The notes: generated from the sequence alone by a model not told the origin. Counted from the first letter of the whole stretch, positions 14,008-27,283 are shown. The stretch is 62,482 nucleotides of DNA, filler included, from Kipferlia bialata (GCA_003568945.1; 3 parts of 3 records of this genome joined end to end with filler, not necessarily neighbours in it), one strand, 5' to 3'. Numbers and translations: made by a program.

Positions 14008-14068
14008 ACCCTAGGTGACACCCCCAGAGGAGACAGCCACTCTGGACACGGCAGCACAGCCCGTCTAG
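11072..14068 (+). CDS. Type I single-pass membrane/surface protein with signal peptide and repeated Cys-containing beta-rich ectodomain units
   Basis: Exon 1 reads MVSATLLLLFAVLAIGAASTPFLPK (signal peptide). Internal repeats include ...WY...S.SF.DK, GQWGYG/GQYGYG and ICP...S...C.V. An acidic linker EGPEDGNEEDPEDG precedes the TM segment VVIGIVAGVAVVVLAVAAYFLL. The short tail ends ...TLDTAAQPV with TAG at 14066-14068. Confidence 0.8.
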
Positions 14069-17000
14069 ACAGTATGACGAGGGAGGAAAGAAGGAGAGCC
14101 GGGTACTCTGCATCCTGGTGCTACAGTAGCGTCAAGACACTGCGTAGTTACACCAATCATTATGGAATGCGTATCCACTGGAGCATATTCAGTGTGTTCA
14201 TGTGTCTTGCTGGAGAGTAAGTACGGAATAGACATAGATAGTTTGGATGTTGAAGATCTAGTGCATATCGATGGGTTATGGGGTATCTGAGAGCTGGTCA
14301 GTTGCATTCTTCTGCTTGTTGTAACTGTGGTACCCACACAGGTCTTCGAGTGTCGCAATGGCGAAGTACCGCAACGATTGAGAGAGTGTAACTCACAGGG
14401 GTACCAACTCATAAGGTTCTCTATTGGTAGGGTCTAATGTGGTGATGTTCTCGGTGGGAATCTCACTGTGCGGTACTCACTCTCTGACTCAGCTTGTGCT
14501 GAATGCCCTCTACCCTCCTCTCCCTCGGAGCCACACCTATTGTGGGCATTACCTCGCTATGGTGGTCCCTGGACGCCTCTACCTCCCACCTCTCTCTGTT
14601 CTCCCACACCTGCTCCAAGAGTAGGTGGGCCAGCACCCCTGTTGTGCCAAGGCTCCTACCACCGAAGATTAGGACTGCATTGAGGAAGGGTATCACATGG
14701 GTGTCTGTATGAGATACTTGGACCCTGGCGACAGCTGTCTCCGGGGCCATTCCCCTGGCTATCCTGGTGCTAGGCACTGTTAGACCGGCATCAACCTCAA
14801 GTATACCAGAACAGTGTTCCTCACGCCACAGGGAACGGGCAAATCGCTCCGTAACCTATGATGAGACAAACGGCGGATTCCAATGAAGAGAGTCATTCAC
14901 TACTCCAGTCATAAGTGAGGTTGCCTATACCTTCCAGTGTCTCATGCTGTAACTCAGTGACCCAAGCACTGTGAGACCTTGCATCACAATCTTCTGAGCA
15001 TGACCTGAGGGGTTACTGCGGAGCAATGATAATGATACACTTGGCAATGAAACTACAACACGTATTCATACTGTTATTGTACCTATTCTTGAATCGGGCT
15101 CCGTTAGAACACTAGGGGCCAGGCCCTGTAGTGTCACACACTTCCCCCCAGGGGAGAAGGGTGCCAGCCTTGGGAGCTGGTAAGTAATGGCACTTGCAGT
15201 GGGTGGGTGAGTGCCCACAATGCAGTCACTTGCTAGCTCTAGGTTCTCCACCGTGTAAGCAAACACCATATTGCGTGCAAGAATGTATCTCAAGAGAGCT
15301 GCAGCCTGTTATTGGGAAAGACTATACTCAGTAGCTATGGAGTATTGTTCTCCTACCTGTTGCTTTCTGGGGCACACCCTACCCTGTACGACAGTTAGGG
15401 GGTGGTCTGTGCCGCGTAGGTAGTCTAGGGTGAGGCCTGGGTGGTCCAAGTCCTGTGCCACAGATGCCAGCATCACCAGTAGGAGGCAGGGAGAGGGCAG
15501 CAGCACACGCCCCACTGGTACTCTGTGCATGTAGCCACTGGCCAGTATGACCAGCTGTAATGAGTCTAGGGCACGGGCCCCATTGTGGAAGGGGTTCCGC
15601 CGGTGCAGTCTTGTGTGAGAAAGCAAAGTGGCGTTCAGATAGCTGAGTACGTGTTCAGTATTTATCGTTTAGAGAAGTAAATACAGTGTTTCTACTTCAC
15701 CTGTGTATTGCCAGAGTCACCTTGACCAGCGCTCTGAAAGACAGCTGCTCAACGAAGGGAGGGCACTGGTTGTCGTGTAGGAATGCATACAGAAGTAACC
15801 AACCAAAGCTAAAGCCGCCCATCTTTGCAGCAAAGTCATGAGCGTTGAAAGCTGTGTTCGTGACGCTTGACTGTAGGAGTTCGCGAGACTCCTTTCGTGC
15901 TGTCTGTAAAACACTTGCTTGAGGTATTTTCATATACTACATATATGTTCGAATTCTTACCTGTTAGCCGCTGAAATCCAGCTATGATCATGTCAGTGCC
16001 GGACTCGCATGTGACAAGTGAGTAGTATGGACGGAACAGGGACCGAGGGAGGGATACTGGAGGGGACCCGCGGATGGCATGGGGGGAGGTCATCAGGTAC
16101 CTCTTGATACTTCTAAGTGTACGGGTCTTGCCAGAAGGTGCCTTGACCCAACACCCAATGGAAGGGGCTGTAGGGCACTGCCTGGCACAGGTGTATCTAG
16201 AGGAGTGAAGCACATGCACATCAATACTGTCCCTATGTAGTGTGTCACACTCAACAGTCCCACTGGAAACACGATGGGAATCCACACTGGGTTGGTAGCC
16301 GTTAAGTGCATCCCTAAGGGGAGCATTGCGAGCCTCAGTCTCCGTGTGCCGGAGCGAAGCCGCAGATGTAGGGGTGATTGAGTTAAGAAGCTTCTCTGAG
16401 TATCCAGCGATCATTGTGGGTTTTCCCATATCGTCCCACTGCACCGCCGACCTGATGTGAAACAGGTGCTACATATGCGTAACCGCGTAGATATCCTATA
16501 ACTTACCCGACTGTTCTCATCTTGGCGTAAATGGCGACGCCATCCTTGCATCGCACCATCTGTTGGTACTCCACACAGAGCCTGGTGTCCCCAGTCACAA
16601 CACTCCTGACACAGGTCAATACCTGATGTTAGCATCTGGATATATAGTCAGGGGGACTCGGGAATTCCCTCAAATCTACCATAGGCTGTTGCATCGATAG
16701 ACCCATACCCTGTGGACATCCTGAGGGTGAATGTTCCTTGGGAATGCCTGGACCTCAGCCTCCTCAGCCTGTGCCGACTTGATCCCCAGCAGGTCTAGCC
16801 AGGATCGATACATATACACCCTTACACAGTGACCCTCAAGAGATCCTGATGTTACTTTTCGATAATGTGGATCACGTGACGAATATTGCTTCATATGAGT
16901 CTTCTATAGCAATCCCGTGTACCTGCACTAACAGACAGGTGGAAGCTGCACCGAAGGGGCCTTGCGTTATCCAGGGAGTTCATAATTGGCGTTGCTTTGT

Positions 17001-19506
17001 CGAACCCTAAGACTTCGGTACTCAGTGTGCATGTGATGTGGTGAGATATACAGTGAATATCGCAAGGGACACCCGAAATGGTATATGTATTACGCTCTAT
17101 GTACTATTGATGCTCGAGTATTATTGACAGGCGTACATACCTATGTCTTTGCATGTAATCGGAGGGAGGTGCCCCAAGCCAGAGTGGCATGTACATGTCG
17201 CTAGATACTGTCGTGGACTGTGTGGTACGCGAGGTGGAGCTGGTGTCACACTCTGCAAAGGTACTGGCAGTGTATGCACTAGTCTGAGGGCTAAATAGAG
17301 GACTGCTCTTGGGACTTGAAGACTCAAGCACACAGTGGAGGTCTAGGTCTTCCAAGAGCTGTGAGGTGTCCGTGTAGCTGTCAGATACGTCTGACACGCA
17401 AGGGCTCTTGCTCAGATCAAGGCTGAACTGGCGCACTTCGGCCGTGGGTCTTCGTGGTAATGTACTTGGCTGGTGGCCTGGGAGTAAGACTATATGATGC
17501 TGCTAGTATTCTGTATACTTAGTAATAGTAAACTTACTATGTATTGATACCTATTGCGATGGACCCCACAAGGCATGCCTTCTCATTCACTGCAGTGTCT
17601 GTGTACAGTGACCTCCTGATGAGAGATGAGCACAAGTGCCGCAGACGTCGTCTGTATGGCAAGAACCTTGGGTCACCCACTAAGCCCTGGGTATAAGAGG
17701 TATTTGTGATGTGTGTGCAATAGGATTCAATGGGTTAGAAACCTATTCATGATGCCTGCAAATCACCTGTAGTATGTCAAGGATGTCGTCTGCAGCCACT
17801 GATACTGGACTAAGAGAATTGTCGTAGGGTGTGGTCCCCTGGCCACAGCAGTGGGAGGAGTCACACGCTGCCAGAGGGGGAAGCATCCGAGAGACGCTGT
17901 CTAACACAACGTCGCGTAGAATGTCAAATGACAATGCTAAGTGAAGCAGAGCAATAGTGAGTGCTGACACGCCCCTAACCCCACAGGTGTGACAGTACAG
18001 GTGCCTAGATTCTCCAATCCTAGAACCCCTTAGCGTCTGCCACACTATCTCTTCAACCTCTTCCTCTGTAGTTTGACCTTGTGTATCAGCTGCAGATGGT
18101 AGGGTGTCTGTCGTGGCATTCCCTTGCTCCACATCGCTGGTCAGTCTATCATGGATCTCTGAGAGCACAGATGTGTAGCCTCGGCCAGCGTTACCACTGG
18201 ATCTGAGCCGTAGGTAGCGGAGGATCTCATGGCTCTGTGTGTTGTGTTTGGTAGGCGGCCCTTCCGTAGATGTGAGGCGGTGTGTCTGTCTTAATAGGGC
18301 AGCAGGAGTGAAGACATGGCACGGCAGCAGACAGAAGACAGAGCCCTCAACAAATACTAAGATGCTAGTGATTGTGGTATTGCCAGCTAGTGTCGAGGTA
18401 GATAGTCCGACAGAGGCAACCAGATGACACAACCCCGCAACGTCACACCATGTCTTACGCGACGACTCTGCCGAGTATGGGGCCGGATATTTCTCCTCTA
18501 TCTTGCAGGGGTTGTCTGGTGCCACTCTTTGACGCTGAGACGTAGATACAGGTGCAGATGGGAGTGTGTAGGAGACTCTCTGCCAGGCTGGTAAAACGTG
18601 ACAGGCGACGAAGGCTAGCACTGATGCGATGAGTGACCAGTGTCCTGAGAGACTGGGAGACAGTGCAAGTAGAGTCACACCGAGACAATGCAGCCATGGA
18701 ATAGCATATGGAAGTTGAGAGGAGCCACGACCAGTAATTGACAAGAAGCAGAGGTGGTGGAGGAAAAGAAGTATGGGGAGTGACGTGCACGTTGTCTGGG
18801 AGACCATGTATGCCCACACAGCCACTCCAACACACACAGCCTTCCAGCCCTACAGTAAGAGAGATGGTACCATTTAGGATACTGTAGAGCTGACTCCCCT
18901 CACTTACCCATTACCGTTGGTGTTGAGTGAGACGTGTAATATACAGTGATGCCTACACGCTTCCACATACCTTCATCGTCCTCAGGAACCCCCCTATCGG
19001 TGATAGAAGCGACATTCGGGTGTTAAAGGTACTGCTGCTGGATACTGTTGCCTCTCCGGGGCCTAACTATGGAATGAATAGTGTCCTTGGTTAGCAGCAA
19101 CATGGGGTTACAGTAGTCTTGAATCTCCTCTCACAGAGAGACCATACCAGATCCACGCGAAGACATACCTTCAGGAAGCCTATCCAGTCACGGTGTTGAA
19201 TATCTAGTGAATATGGTCCCCAAGAAGAGGGATTGAAGTCGTTGTTGTCTGGTCCTCCAGATTCACTGTTGAGCTAGAATGTATCAGCCATCAATAGGTG
19301 TCCCGACTACAGTCCAACCAACACCCCAAGATTCTGCACTACATTGGGTGGGAGGGGGGGGGGGTAGTATGCTGATACTGTGAAGAGGAGACGTCCCGCT
19401 CTGTATCTCGATTAGGCCACTTACATTTTAAGTGGAGTATAGAGAAGAGAGGGTCAAACGTTAAAAGAGCATCTGAAGACAACACCAATACACCAGTAGA
19501 TACCAT
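14065..19506 (-). CDS. Large multi-exon hypothetical protein with several N-terminal hydrophobic/TM segments
   Basis: The track's minus-strand ORFs (17743-18837, 17104-17436, 16676-16894, 15836-16444, 14463-14777, 14065-14412) appear to be exons of one gene. In-phase GT-AG junctions were checked for several: ...LDILQ|GLVGDPRFLPY...IAI|GHQPSTL..., ...RHWK|VTERFARS... and ...SQR|NLMSWYPC.... The middle junctions were not all resolved. Candidate start MVSTGVLVLSS at 19506. No family recognised. Confidence 0.55.
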
Positions 19507-19617
19507 TCAAATGCAACGAAGCAATTTATGACACTAGCACCACCCACATATCCCAGCTCGGGTGCCTATTAGGGCCGTATAGGAAGAGATGGGTAGACAC
19601 TAAACTCAGGGATGAGC

Positions 19618-20179
19618 TTACTCCTCGGCAACAGCCTCGACCTCAGCCTCGACCTCAGCGACGGGCTCAGCCTCGACCTCAGCCTCGGTCTCCTCGGCCT
19701 GACGTGAGGATAGAACAGAAGAGATGCAGGCGAAGATGCACAAGAGGCGACATGAATCACAATCTAACGGCTGAGGGACAATGAGAAGCGAAACCCAAAT
19801 GGCTCCAAGAAGATATATGAGACCACTACACTTGCCACGAATACACCAATATCACACACTTATATGCTCAAGTACACCCGTCAACCGTTGTCCAAGGAAG
19901 ACCCTAGTTGACTGCGATACCGATACCTTGCAGCACTTGTGGAAGGGGCAGCAGCACTTGGGAAGGCACTCAGGGTGCTTCTGGTGCACGAACACGGCGG
20001 CGGCGACGGCTCCGGCAAGGAGGGTCTGGTTGTAAGAGGTAGAAGGAAAGGATACATATTATCTACGCCAAAACAAAATGGAGAAAAGCCATAATGCAGC
20101 AAAACCGTGAATGATTTCCAACTAAGACAAAGAGAGCAGAGAAACGTACGATAGCGGCGATAGTCCTGCAGTGGCGCAT
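19618..20179 (-). CDS. 69-aa microprotein: signal peptide/anchor, Cys/His-rich cluster and Glu/Ala/Val acidic tail
   Basis: Three phase-0 exons (20179-20150, 20025-19927, 19698-19618) with GT-AG introns give MRHCRTIAAI|TLLAGAVAAAVFVHQKHPECLPKCCCPFHKCCK|AEETEAEVEAEPVAEVEAEVEAVAEE*. Codons are strongly biased (GCC, GAG, AAG, TGC). Not captured in this frame by the ORF track. Confidence 0.8.
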
Positions 20180-20412
20180 CTGTAACTCTTCAAAAGACGC
20201 TACTGCAGTCAAGCAACACCCTTTCTTCAAAAACACAAAAACCTGATTCAGAAGGGGTTCATCTCGAGAGGACAGTCACTTGGGTCTCTTGGGAAGCAGC
20301 CTACAGCCGCGTACCCGTCACTGCAAGTACTATCAGGGGATATTCAGGTATTACTCGTGACATTAAGTGTGATTGAGAGAGAGAGCCCTGAGTGGAGGAA
20401 TGAGTTGCTCGA

Positions 20413-23400
20413 ATGACTGATGGTAACTCCTAGAGTGGCTGTGTGATAGTGTTGATGTGCAATGTGTTGACACCACCTGATGGTGTGACACATCCTTCTA
20501 GTACGTTCACTGCCTGAGTGGTGAATATGCCCCCCCCCCCCCCATAACTCCAGGAGGCGTCCCTCTGCTACGTGTATCCTAGCAGTAGGTGCATAGGTGC
20601 ATGGTATCACCAGCCCCAGGGACCCCTGGCACCCAAAAGCTCTTGCAGGTATCCTTTATTCATGTCCCTTACCATAAGTCACCGTCTGCGTATGAGTACT
20701 GTCCTATATTCTCCCTCAATGATACACTAACTGTGCCAGGCCGAGAACACCCGGCTGAGAGATGAGCTCAGCATAGCCACCAACCACCTGGGGCAGCTCC
20801 TGGAAGCAGGTGGGTTAGGCCACCCTCTATGATTACGCATATGTACCCCCCCCCCCCTCTCCTCCTCCCCCCTCTCTGACTGATAGGCGCTGCCCCTGTG
20901 TCTGCTGCCGTTCTGTCTGACAATGCGTGTCTGAGGCAGAGGTGCATGCAGTTGGAAGGCATGCTCGAGTCAGCGGCAGAGGAGTACGGGGGCATGGTGG
21001 ACGGGGAGGTAGGGGCACAGTGACTGTGTGCGTGTACATCCCCACCTACTTACCTCAGGTCACATACGTACTTACCTTTACTATACTAACCTCAGGTCAC
21101 GTCCATGATGCGTGCCGCCCAGGTTGCTGTGGAAGGGGCAGGGCAGGAGAGAGACAGACAGGCAGTCCTCGTGGCACAGCTAGTCAGGTATAGTACATGA
21201 TAATCCATAACTCCTTGACCCCTTCCACTTCTATGACACCCGACTCTCTCTCTCTCTCTCTCTCTGACCCTCTAGGCAACGAGATGAGCTACAGGCCAGA
21301 TACACCCAGCTGGAGAGAGACTCTGAGGCAGCTGCCAAGGTGTACCAGGAGAGAGCGGCCTCTGCCTCTGCCTCCCTTGCTGAGACTGAGGCATCGACAG
21401 TGCCCGTGGAGGAGGTGGGGGGCACATAGAGAGTGTGTTATGTCAACCATGATCCGATATCCCTCCCCCCCTCTCATATGTCAGGTCAACACCCTTCTGG
21501 CCGAGCTGGATGGACTGCGGGCAGAGCGCACACGGCTTAGGTACACTGACTCAGACGCTGTCTCTCTCTCTTCAACTGCAACCCCCCATTCACCCCTAGT
21601 GTAGCTGCCGAGGATGCCTCCCTCGCTGTCTCTCTCTCTCTCACTCTGTCTGCTGCTTTCCTTCTCTTTACTTTTAGGATAGCTGCCGATGCGTCCCTTG
21701 CCTTGACCATCTCTCTCTCTCTCTCTCTCTCTCCCTCCGCCTTGACCCCAGGATAGCTGCCGATGCCTCCCACAGGGATATGGTCAGGGCACAGGCCGAG
21801 GGGCAGAACGCACAGGACGCCATGGAGACACTGAGGGGGAGGGTCGAGAGACAGGTGGGGGAGGAATAGAGGGGAGGTGTGGGTGTATCGATATGACCTC
21901 TCTCACGATAGGAGAAGGCCCTGTCCCGCGCCACCCGGAGGATGGACGGAGACGCAGCAAGGTATGAGTAGCGATGGTTAGTGACAGTGGGAAGGTACAC
22001 ACTCTCTGTATGCCTCTTCCTCCTAACTCCCAGGATATCCAGCCTTGAGGCAAGAGAGGCAGAGGTGCAGGCCAGGGAACAGGCACTGGCAGAGGGGGAG
22101 GCACAGAGGGAGAGAGAACTCCAGGCACTCAGGGCCAGGGTACAGGTCCAGCAGGTATAGTGCATGGTGTGAGGGATGGGTATGCGGCTCTCTGTGTCTT
22201 TGAGGTGAATTGTCGATAGTTGTGTATCTCCATACACCCCTTTGTATCACTGATACTGATGCCAGGCAAGGGATGCCAAGGGGGATGCTGAGAGAGAGAG
22301 GGACGTCGTTGTGGCACTGGAGAGGATGGAGGGGCTCCTGAGCACCACTCGGTATGGGATGACTATCCATATACCTGCATACTTACCCATGCCTCCTCAC
22401 CCCCTAGCACCCGTCATGCCGCACAGACCCTGGCCCTCACCCAGGAGGCAGGGGTGCTCAGGAAGGCACTCGCAGAGGTGGGGGCTTCACATGCATTGTG
22501 GTATTCATTCCAATCTATACGTATTCGCTTCTCTTACACTACATTATGTGTATTACTACGTGTCTAGATAACTCCCCTCACCCTCAGGCCAAGGCTGAGA
22601 TTGGAGCTCTCTCTGTCACCAGAGACTCTCTGTTGTCGAGGAGTAGGTTGGTGTATTACTTGGCACTCGTATCGTGGTTTCATTTGTCTCGCATTATTCT
22701 TCTCTTCCTGTTTCGACTTTCTCATCCATAGGGTTTTACATGGAGAGAGGATGGCTGAGAGAGAGAGAGTCGAGGGAGAGAGGGAGAGAGAGAGGGAAGG
22801 AAGAGTCAGAGAGACAGAGAGAGCAGACGCACTCGAAGTGGAGCTGATAGGTATTCTGCATGTACTGTTCCATATATAGTTGTGTGTTTGGTGTTGCTGT
22901 ATCTGGTCGTGACATAGATTCTCTGAGGGTGTATGCATTGGTGAGTGTCTCTTGCACGGTCACCACTGCCTCACCCCCAGGCTACAAGGAGAGGGAGCTG
23001 GAGCTGACCAACACCATCGAGGCCATCGCTGCCCCAGACAGAGAGGCAGAGATTGGGAGGCTGGCACAGCTGCTGGAGAGAGAGAGACAGGCCAGGGAGG
23101 ACGACAGGGCTGAGGCAAAGTATGACAGGTACTGGGGCAGCTGTTCTTAATGTCTATTTCCCTACAGTACCCTCTATAAGCTAGATACCGTATTGACTTA
23201 GCCTAACTGTAGGGATGAGCTGTCACAGCACCTAGCTGATGCTGAGAGGCGGTGCGACTCCTACATAGAGTCCATGGATGCCCTGGAGGCCGAGAGAGAC
23301 ATTCTGGTGGACCAGGTTAGTACAGACTGACCCCCACTCTCCTAATCTCTCTCACCCCCCAGGTAGCTTGTCTCGAGCTGTCTCTCTCCCGGTCGGCGTG

Positions 23401-26400
23401 TGAGTGTGGCACTGCACAGGCACAGGCAGCACAGGCAGAGGGGGCCCTGGGGGTCGCTAGGTGGGTTGCATGTTTGTATGTATCCAACATATGAATTGTA
23501 AGTGTTGTGATATTGTGCATGTACCTCCCACTCCTCCTCACCCCCAGGGCTGAGACAGAGAGTGCCCTGGCAGACATGGATGCTCAGAGGGCAAGGTACG
23601 ATGGGTCGCATGTGTCAGTGTCTCCTCAAGCACTTGTCCTACCCTTATGCCCCCACCCCCATACCATCACTTACCCACAGACATGCCAGTGAGCGTGATG
23701 CCTGGAGGGACTCCGAGGACCAGTATGTACTGGCAGCCTCGGTCACAAAGGTACAGGGTTTCGCTATGTATACACAGTGCACTATAGATGCTCCCTTCCC
23801 CATGTCCGCTGTCTCCCTTTTGTGTCTCCCCTCTTACCCCCAGGCCCAGCTGAGCAATGCCGCAGCAGAGAGAGAGAGGCTGGTACAGGAGAGAGACAGG
23901 TCTGCCTCTGAGGTTGACAGACTGTCATCCGAGGGGGCACAGCTCAGACAGCAGCTGTACACAGCACAGGAGGAGGCGAGGTGGGGTATACACCTGTATA
24001 CATGTTCATCTATCAGTAAGTGGTTATGTGTATTTCTTTACCACTTCGAAATTTTTCTGTCTGACCCCAGGGAGAGTGCGGCCACCCTTGAGCGTGTCTC
24101 CCTGTCCCACACCCACTCCGAGGCAGACATGGCCCAGCAGATACAGACACTAGAGGCACAGGTGGGGTCAAGCCATAGATATACAAATGTATATATATAT
24201 ATAGAGAGAGAGGGATACAGACACTCGAGGTACAGGTGGGGTCATACCACTGCTATATGTACTGAGTGCACACATTTGCTATGCATGCCTTCTGACTCCA
24301 GGTTGCCTCCCTGACTGAGCACAACGACTGTCTCTACCTGTCGTGTGCTGACAGGCTGAGCGATGCCCACGAGATGTGTGCTCTCGAGAGGGACAGCCTG
24401 AGGCAGAGGGTGGGTAGGCACGAGGCAGAGGCCAAGACACAGAGGGAGAGGGCAGACACGCTGGAGGCAGAGGTGGGTGGAGAGATGTACATGTGTAGTT
24501 CTGCTCTTGACTGTGCACTCACCCCTAGGTCTCTGCCCTCCGTCTGTCTGCCAGGGTCAGTGCCGCCTCCGATGCCCTCAGGACTGACTGTGTAGCCATG
24601 AGGGGGGTCATAGAGGGACTCAGGGAGGAGAGGTGGGTATTCACGATATAGTTACATGTCATTTGTACAGTATCATCGTCTCACCCCTCAGAGACGCTCT
24701 GCTTGTCCGTGTGGAGCAGGGGGAGAGTGTGGTGAGGAGACAGAGCGAGGCCGCGCTGACCTCTCTGAGGGAGGAGGGGGAGAGGGAGAGAGAGAGGCTG
24801 AGGGTGGATGCTGAGGCTGCCGTGGCTAGAGAGAAGGCTGTGTGTGCCGAGGTCAGCCAGACACTCAAGGGACAGGTACGATTCTATGTACTAGTAGTGT
24901 TTTTGTGTAAATGGTTTATCCTTCTATTCTTTCATGTTGTCTTACCCCAGGTTGCTGCTAGAGATGCGGAGCTGGTGCTACTGAGACAGAAGCAGGCTGA
25001 GGCAGAGAAGGTGAGGGGGAGCTAGATATGGTGACTGTGACGATGGCTATATGTGGACTGTGTATATATGCTCCTATAGAGTCCCCCAGTCTCTTACCCC
25101 TAGGCCCTAGCTACTCTGAAGAGAGAGACTGTGACTGAGAGAGAGAGGGACACCAAGGCGAGGGACCAGGAGAGAAACGAGCAGAAGGAGGAGGCGCGGT
25201 TTATGAAGGCTGCTGCCGCTCTGTCCTATGCATGCCTTGACCAGGTTGGTCTCTTTCCCTCTCTCTCTCTCTGTACAGAAGTATAACCCCCCTAACCCCC
25301 CCCCCCCACTGACCCCCCAGACCTCCCTGCGTCTGGAGTCTCTGCTGTCCCAGGCCAGAGAGGTGGAGCAGATAAGGGAGGGAGAGAGACAGGCACAGGA
25401 GGAGAGACAGGCACAGCACAAGGTGGGGGGCACTCATGTGTATGGGTGTGATACTGCAACCATTCTTCTCACTCTTCAGGCTGCTATGCAGGGTCTGTCC
25501 AATAAGGGTCCAGCCCATGCCAAGGTGGCAGATCTTGAGAAGCAGGTATTGCAAGAGTGGGAGAGATATGTATATGTGACTGGTGCGACCTTGCCCTGAC
25601 TCTTACACCCAGCTGAAGCTGCTCCACAAGAACAACCAGAGGCTGCAGAACCAGGTCTTGTCTCTAAGGTGGGTCCAGTTATTGCGTAACTCCAACAAGG
25701 GCAACACTAGTCCCCCTCACTTCAGGCATACCAAGCAGGCTGCCCCAGGTACTCTGCCTACCCCCACCCCTGCCGCTGCACCAGCTGTGGCCAAGGCTAC
25801 CCCAGTCAAGGCCCCTACTGCTATAGCCAAGGGCAAGGTTGTGCCCACACAGCCCCCTACTGGCAAGGCTAGTGCACTCAGACCCCAGGTGCCAGGCTCA
25901 GCTGCCAAGGCCACCCCTTCTAGTGTGCCAGGCATGACTAAGGGTATAGCTAAGGGTGTGACTAAGGGCAAGGGGGCCGCCATAGCCAAGCCCACCCCCA
26001 AGGCACAGAAGGGGACTGCCCAGCTGGGGAAGGGGGCAGGGAAGAGGCCTGCCAATGCACCCCAGACTGTCAAGCAGGTACCTACACATATACCCTACTG
26101 CTCTGCTCCAATGATACTCACTCCACTCACCCCTAGGTTGTGCAGGCCCTGGTACCAGGCATGGGTAAGGCCCCCACCCCCATGTCTCAGAAGGGCGTGC
26201 AGGGGAAGGGGAAGGCACAGACACAGGCTCAGAGGCCTGTCAAGAAGACCTCTGCCCCTGCGGCCAAGAAGGGTGCAGCACCTAAGCAGGCCGTGGTACC
26301 CGGCAAGAGACCAGCATCACAGGTCAGGGGCTGACTCCTTATCTATCCATATATCTCTGTTCGTGGTGCGAGGTGTCTCACCTCTTCCTCATCTCCTCAC

Positions 26401-26828
26401 CTTACTCCTACTCACCCCCAGGTCTCTTCCGGCCCCCAGGCCAAGAGGCCCCAGGCCACCCCAACTGCCAAGGGTAGTGCCGCAAAGGTCAAGCCCGTCA
26501 CTAAGGGTGCAGTTCAGGTTAAGAAGGGTGCTGTGCCCCAGAGACCCAGTGTCAAGGTCACTCCCAAGGGCAAGGGGGGAGTGACAGTGGCTGGTCCCAA
26601 GCCGGGTCAGTCAAAGGCAGGGGTCAAGGCAGGGAGTAAGGTAGTCACACCGGCTGCCATGGCTCAGAAGGCCAAGGCTGGGCCTCCGGTATGTATAGTA
26701 CATGTGTCTGTGTGTCTCTTCCCCCCCACCGCTTACCCCAGGGCAAGCTACAGTCTGCCTCCAGCCTTGCCCAGGAACTGATGGAGCAGTACCCAGATGG
26801 ACCACCTAGTCCACCAATGCCGGTGTAA
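20413..26828 (+). CDS. Long coiled-coil protein with Lys/Ala/Pro/Gly-rich basic C-terminal tail (cytoskeletal/centrosomal-like)
   Basis: Many short exons encode E/R/A/Q/L heptad-rich sequence (AENTRLRDELS..., ERERLVQERDRSASEVDRLSSE...). The basic low-complexity tail spans about 25726-26688. The last exon is GKLQSASSLAQELMEQYPDGPPSPPMPV with TAA ending at 26828. The start MTDG|GVPLL|RTPGTQKLLQ is inferred from exon phases. Confidence 0.75.
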
Positions 26829-27158
26829 GGGGAGAGAGGAAAGAGGGCGAGAATTGTAGGATGGGGCGAGAATTTTAGGAGCATGTTGTGTGTTGTAAGA
26901 CTCTCTGTTATTAGAATAGATTCATCGTCCTTAGAATGGGCAAAGTGTTGCAATAGCGTTCAGGGAAAACAGAGAGGAATACTGTGGCGGGAAGGGGCCG
27001 CGGTGCAACCCTTCTATAGTGGTACATGGACAATGGAGGGAATGTGTGGCAAGGAAGAGTGAATCAATGAAACGTACGGTTGAGGACATTTTGACGGCTC
27101 TCCTTTTTGGTGATCTCTTCCGAACCGATCCTCTTCAGTCAACACAACCACACACACA

Positions 27159-27283
27159 ATGCTTAGGGTACTGTCCAACTCTGTGTCCTCCTCCCTGTCG
27201 AAGCTGTTCTCTGTGGGTATCAGCCCGGCAGCAGTGACCAAGCTGCACACCATGATAGACACCGACAAGGACGAGGCCCTCAG
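27159..27283 (+). CDS. First exon of a probable A-type Fe-S carrier (IscA/Isa-like) with mitochondrion-related-organelle presequence; remainder lost in the gap
   Basis: MLRVLSNSVSSSLSKLFS is ML-starting, Ser-rich, basic and lacks acidic residues. It is followed by VGISPAAVTKLHTMIDTDKDEALR, which fits the IscA N-terminal I.(L/I)(T/S)..A...L.........LR pattern that normally precedes GGGCSG. A donor GT follows at 27284. The diagnostic Cys motifs are not visible. Confidence 0.45.

Noticed and set aside
14065..19506. Transposon or viral insertion suggested by the different composition
   Set aside because: No transposase, RT or integrase motifs, terminal repeats or target-site duplication were found. 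The region has host-type introns that join ORFs in phase.
19569..19760. Arg/Ser-rich ORF (RLRSRLSPSLRSRLRSR) as an SR-like protein
   Set aside because: It is an alternative frame of the microprotein's last exon. The splice phase supports the AEVEAE frame.
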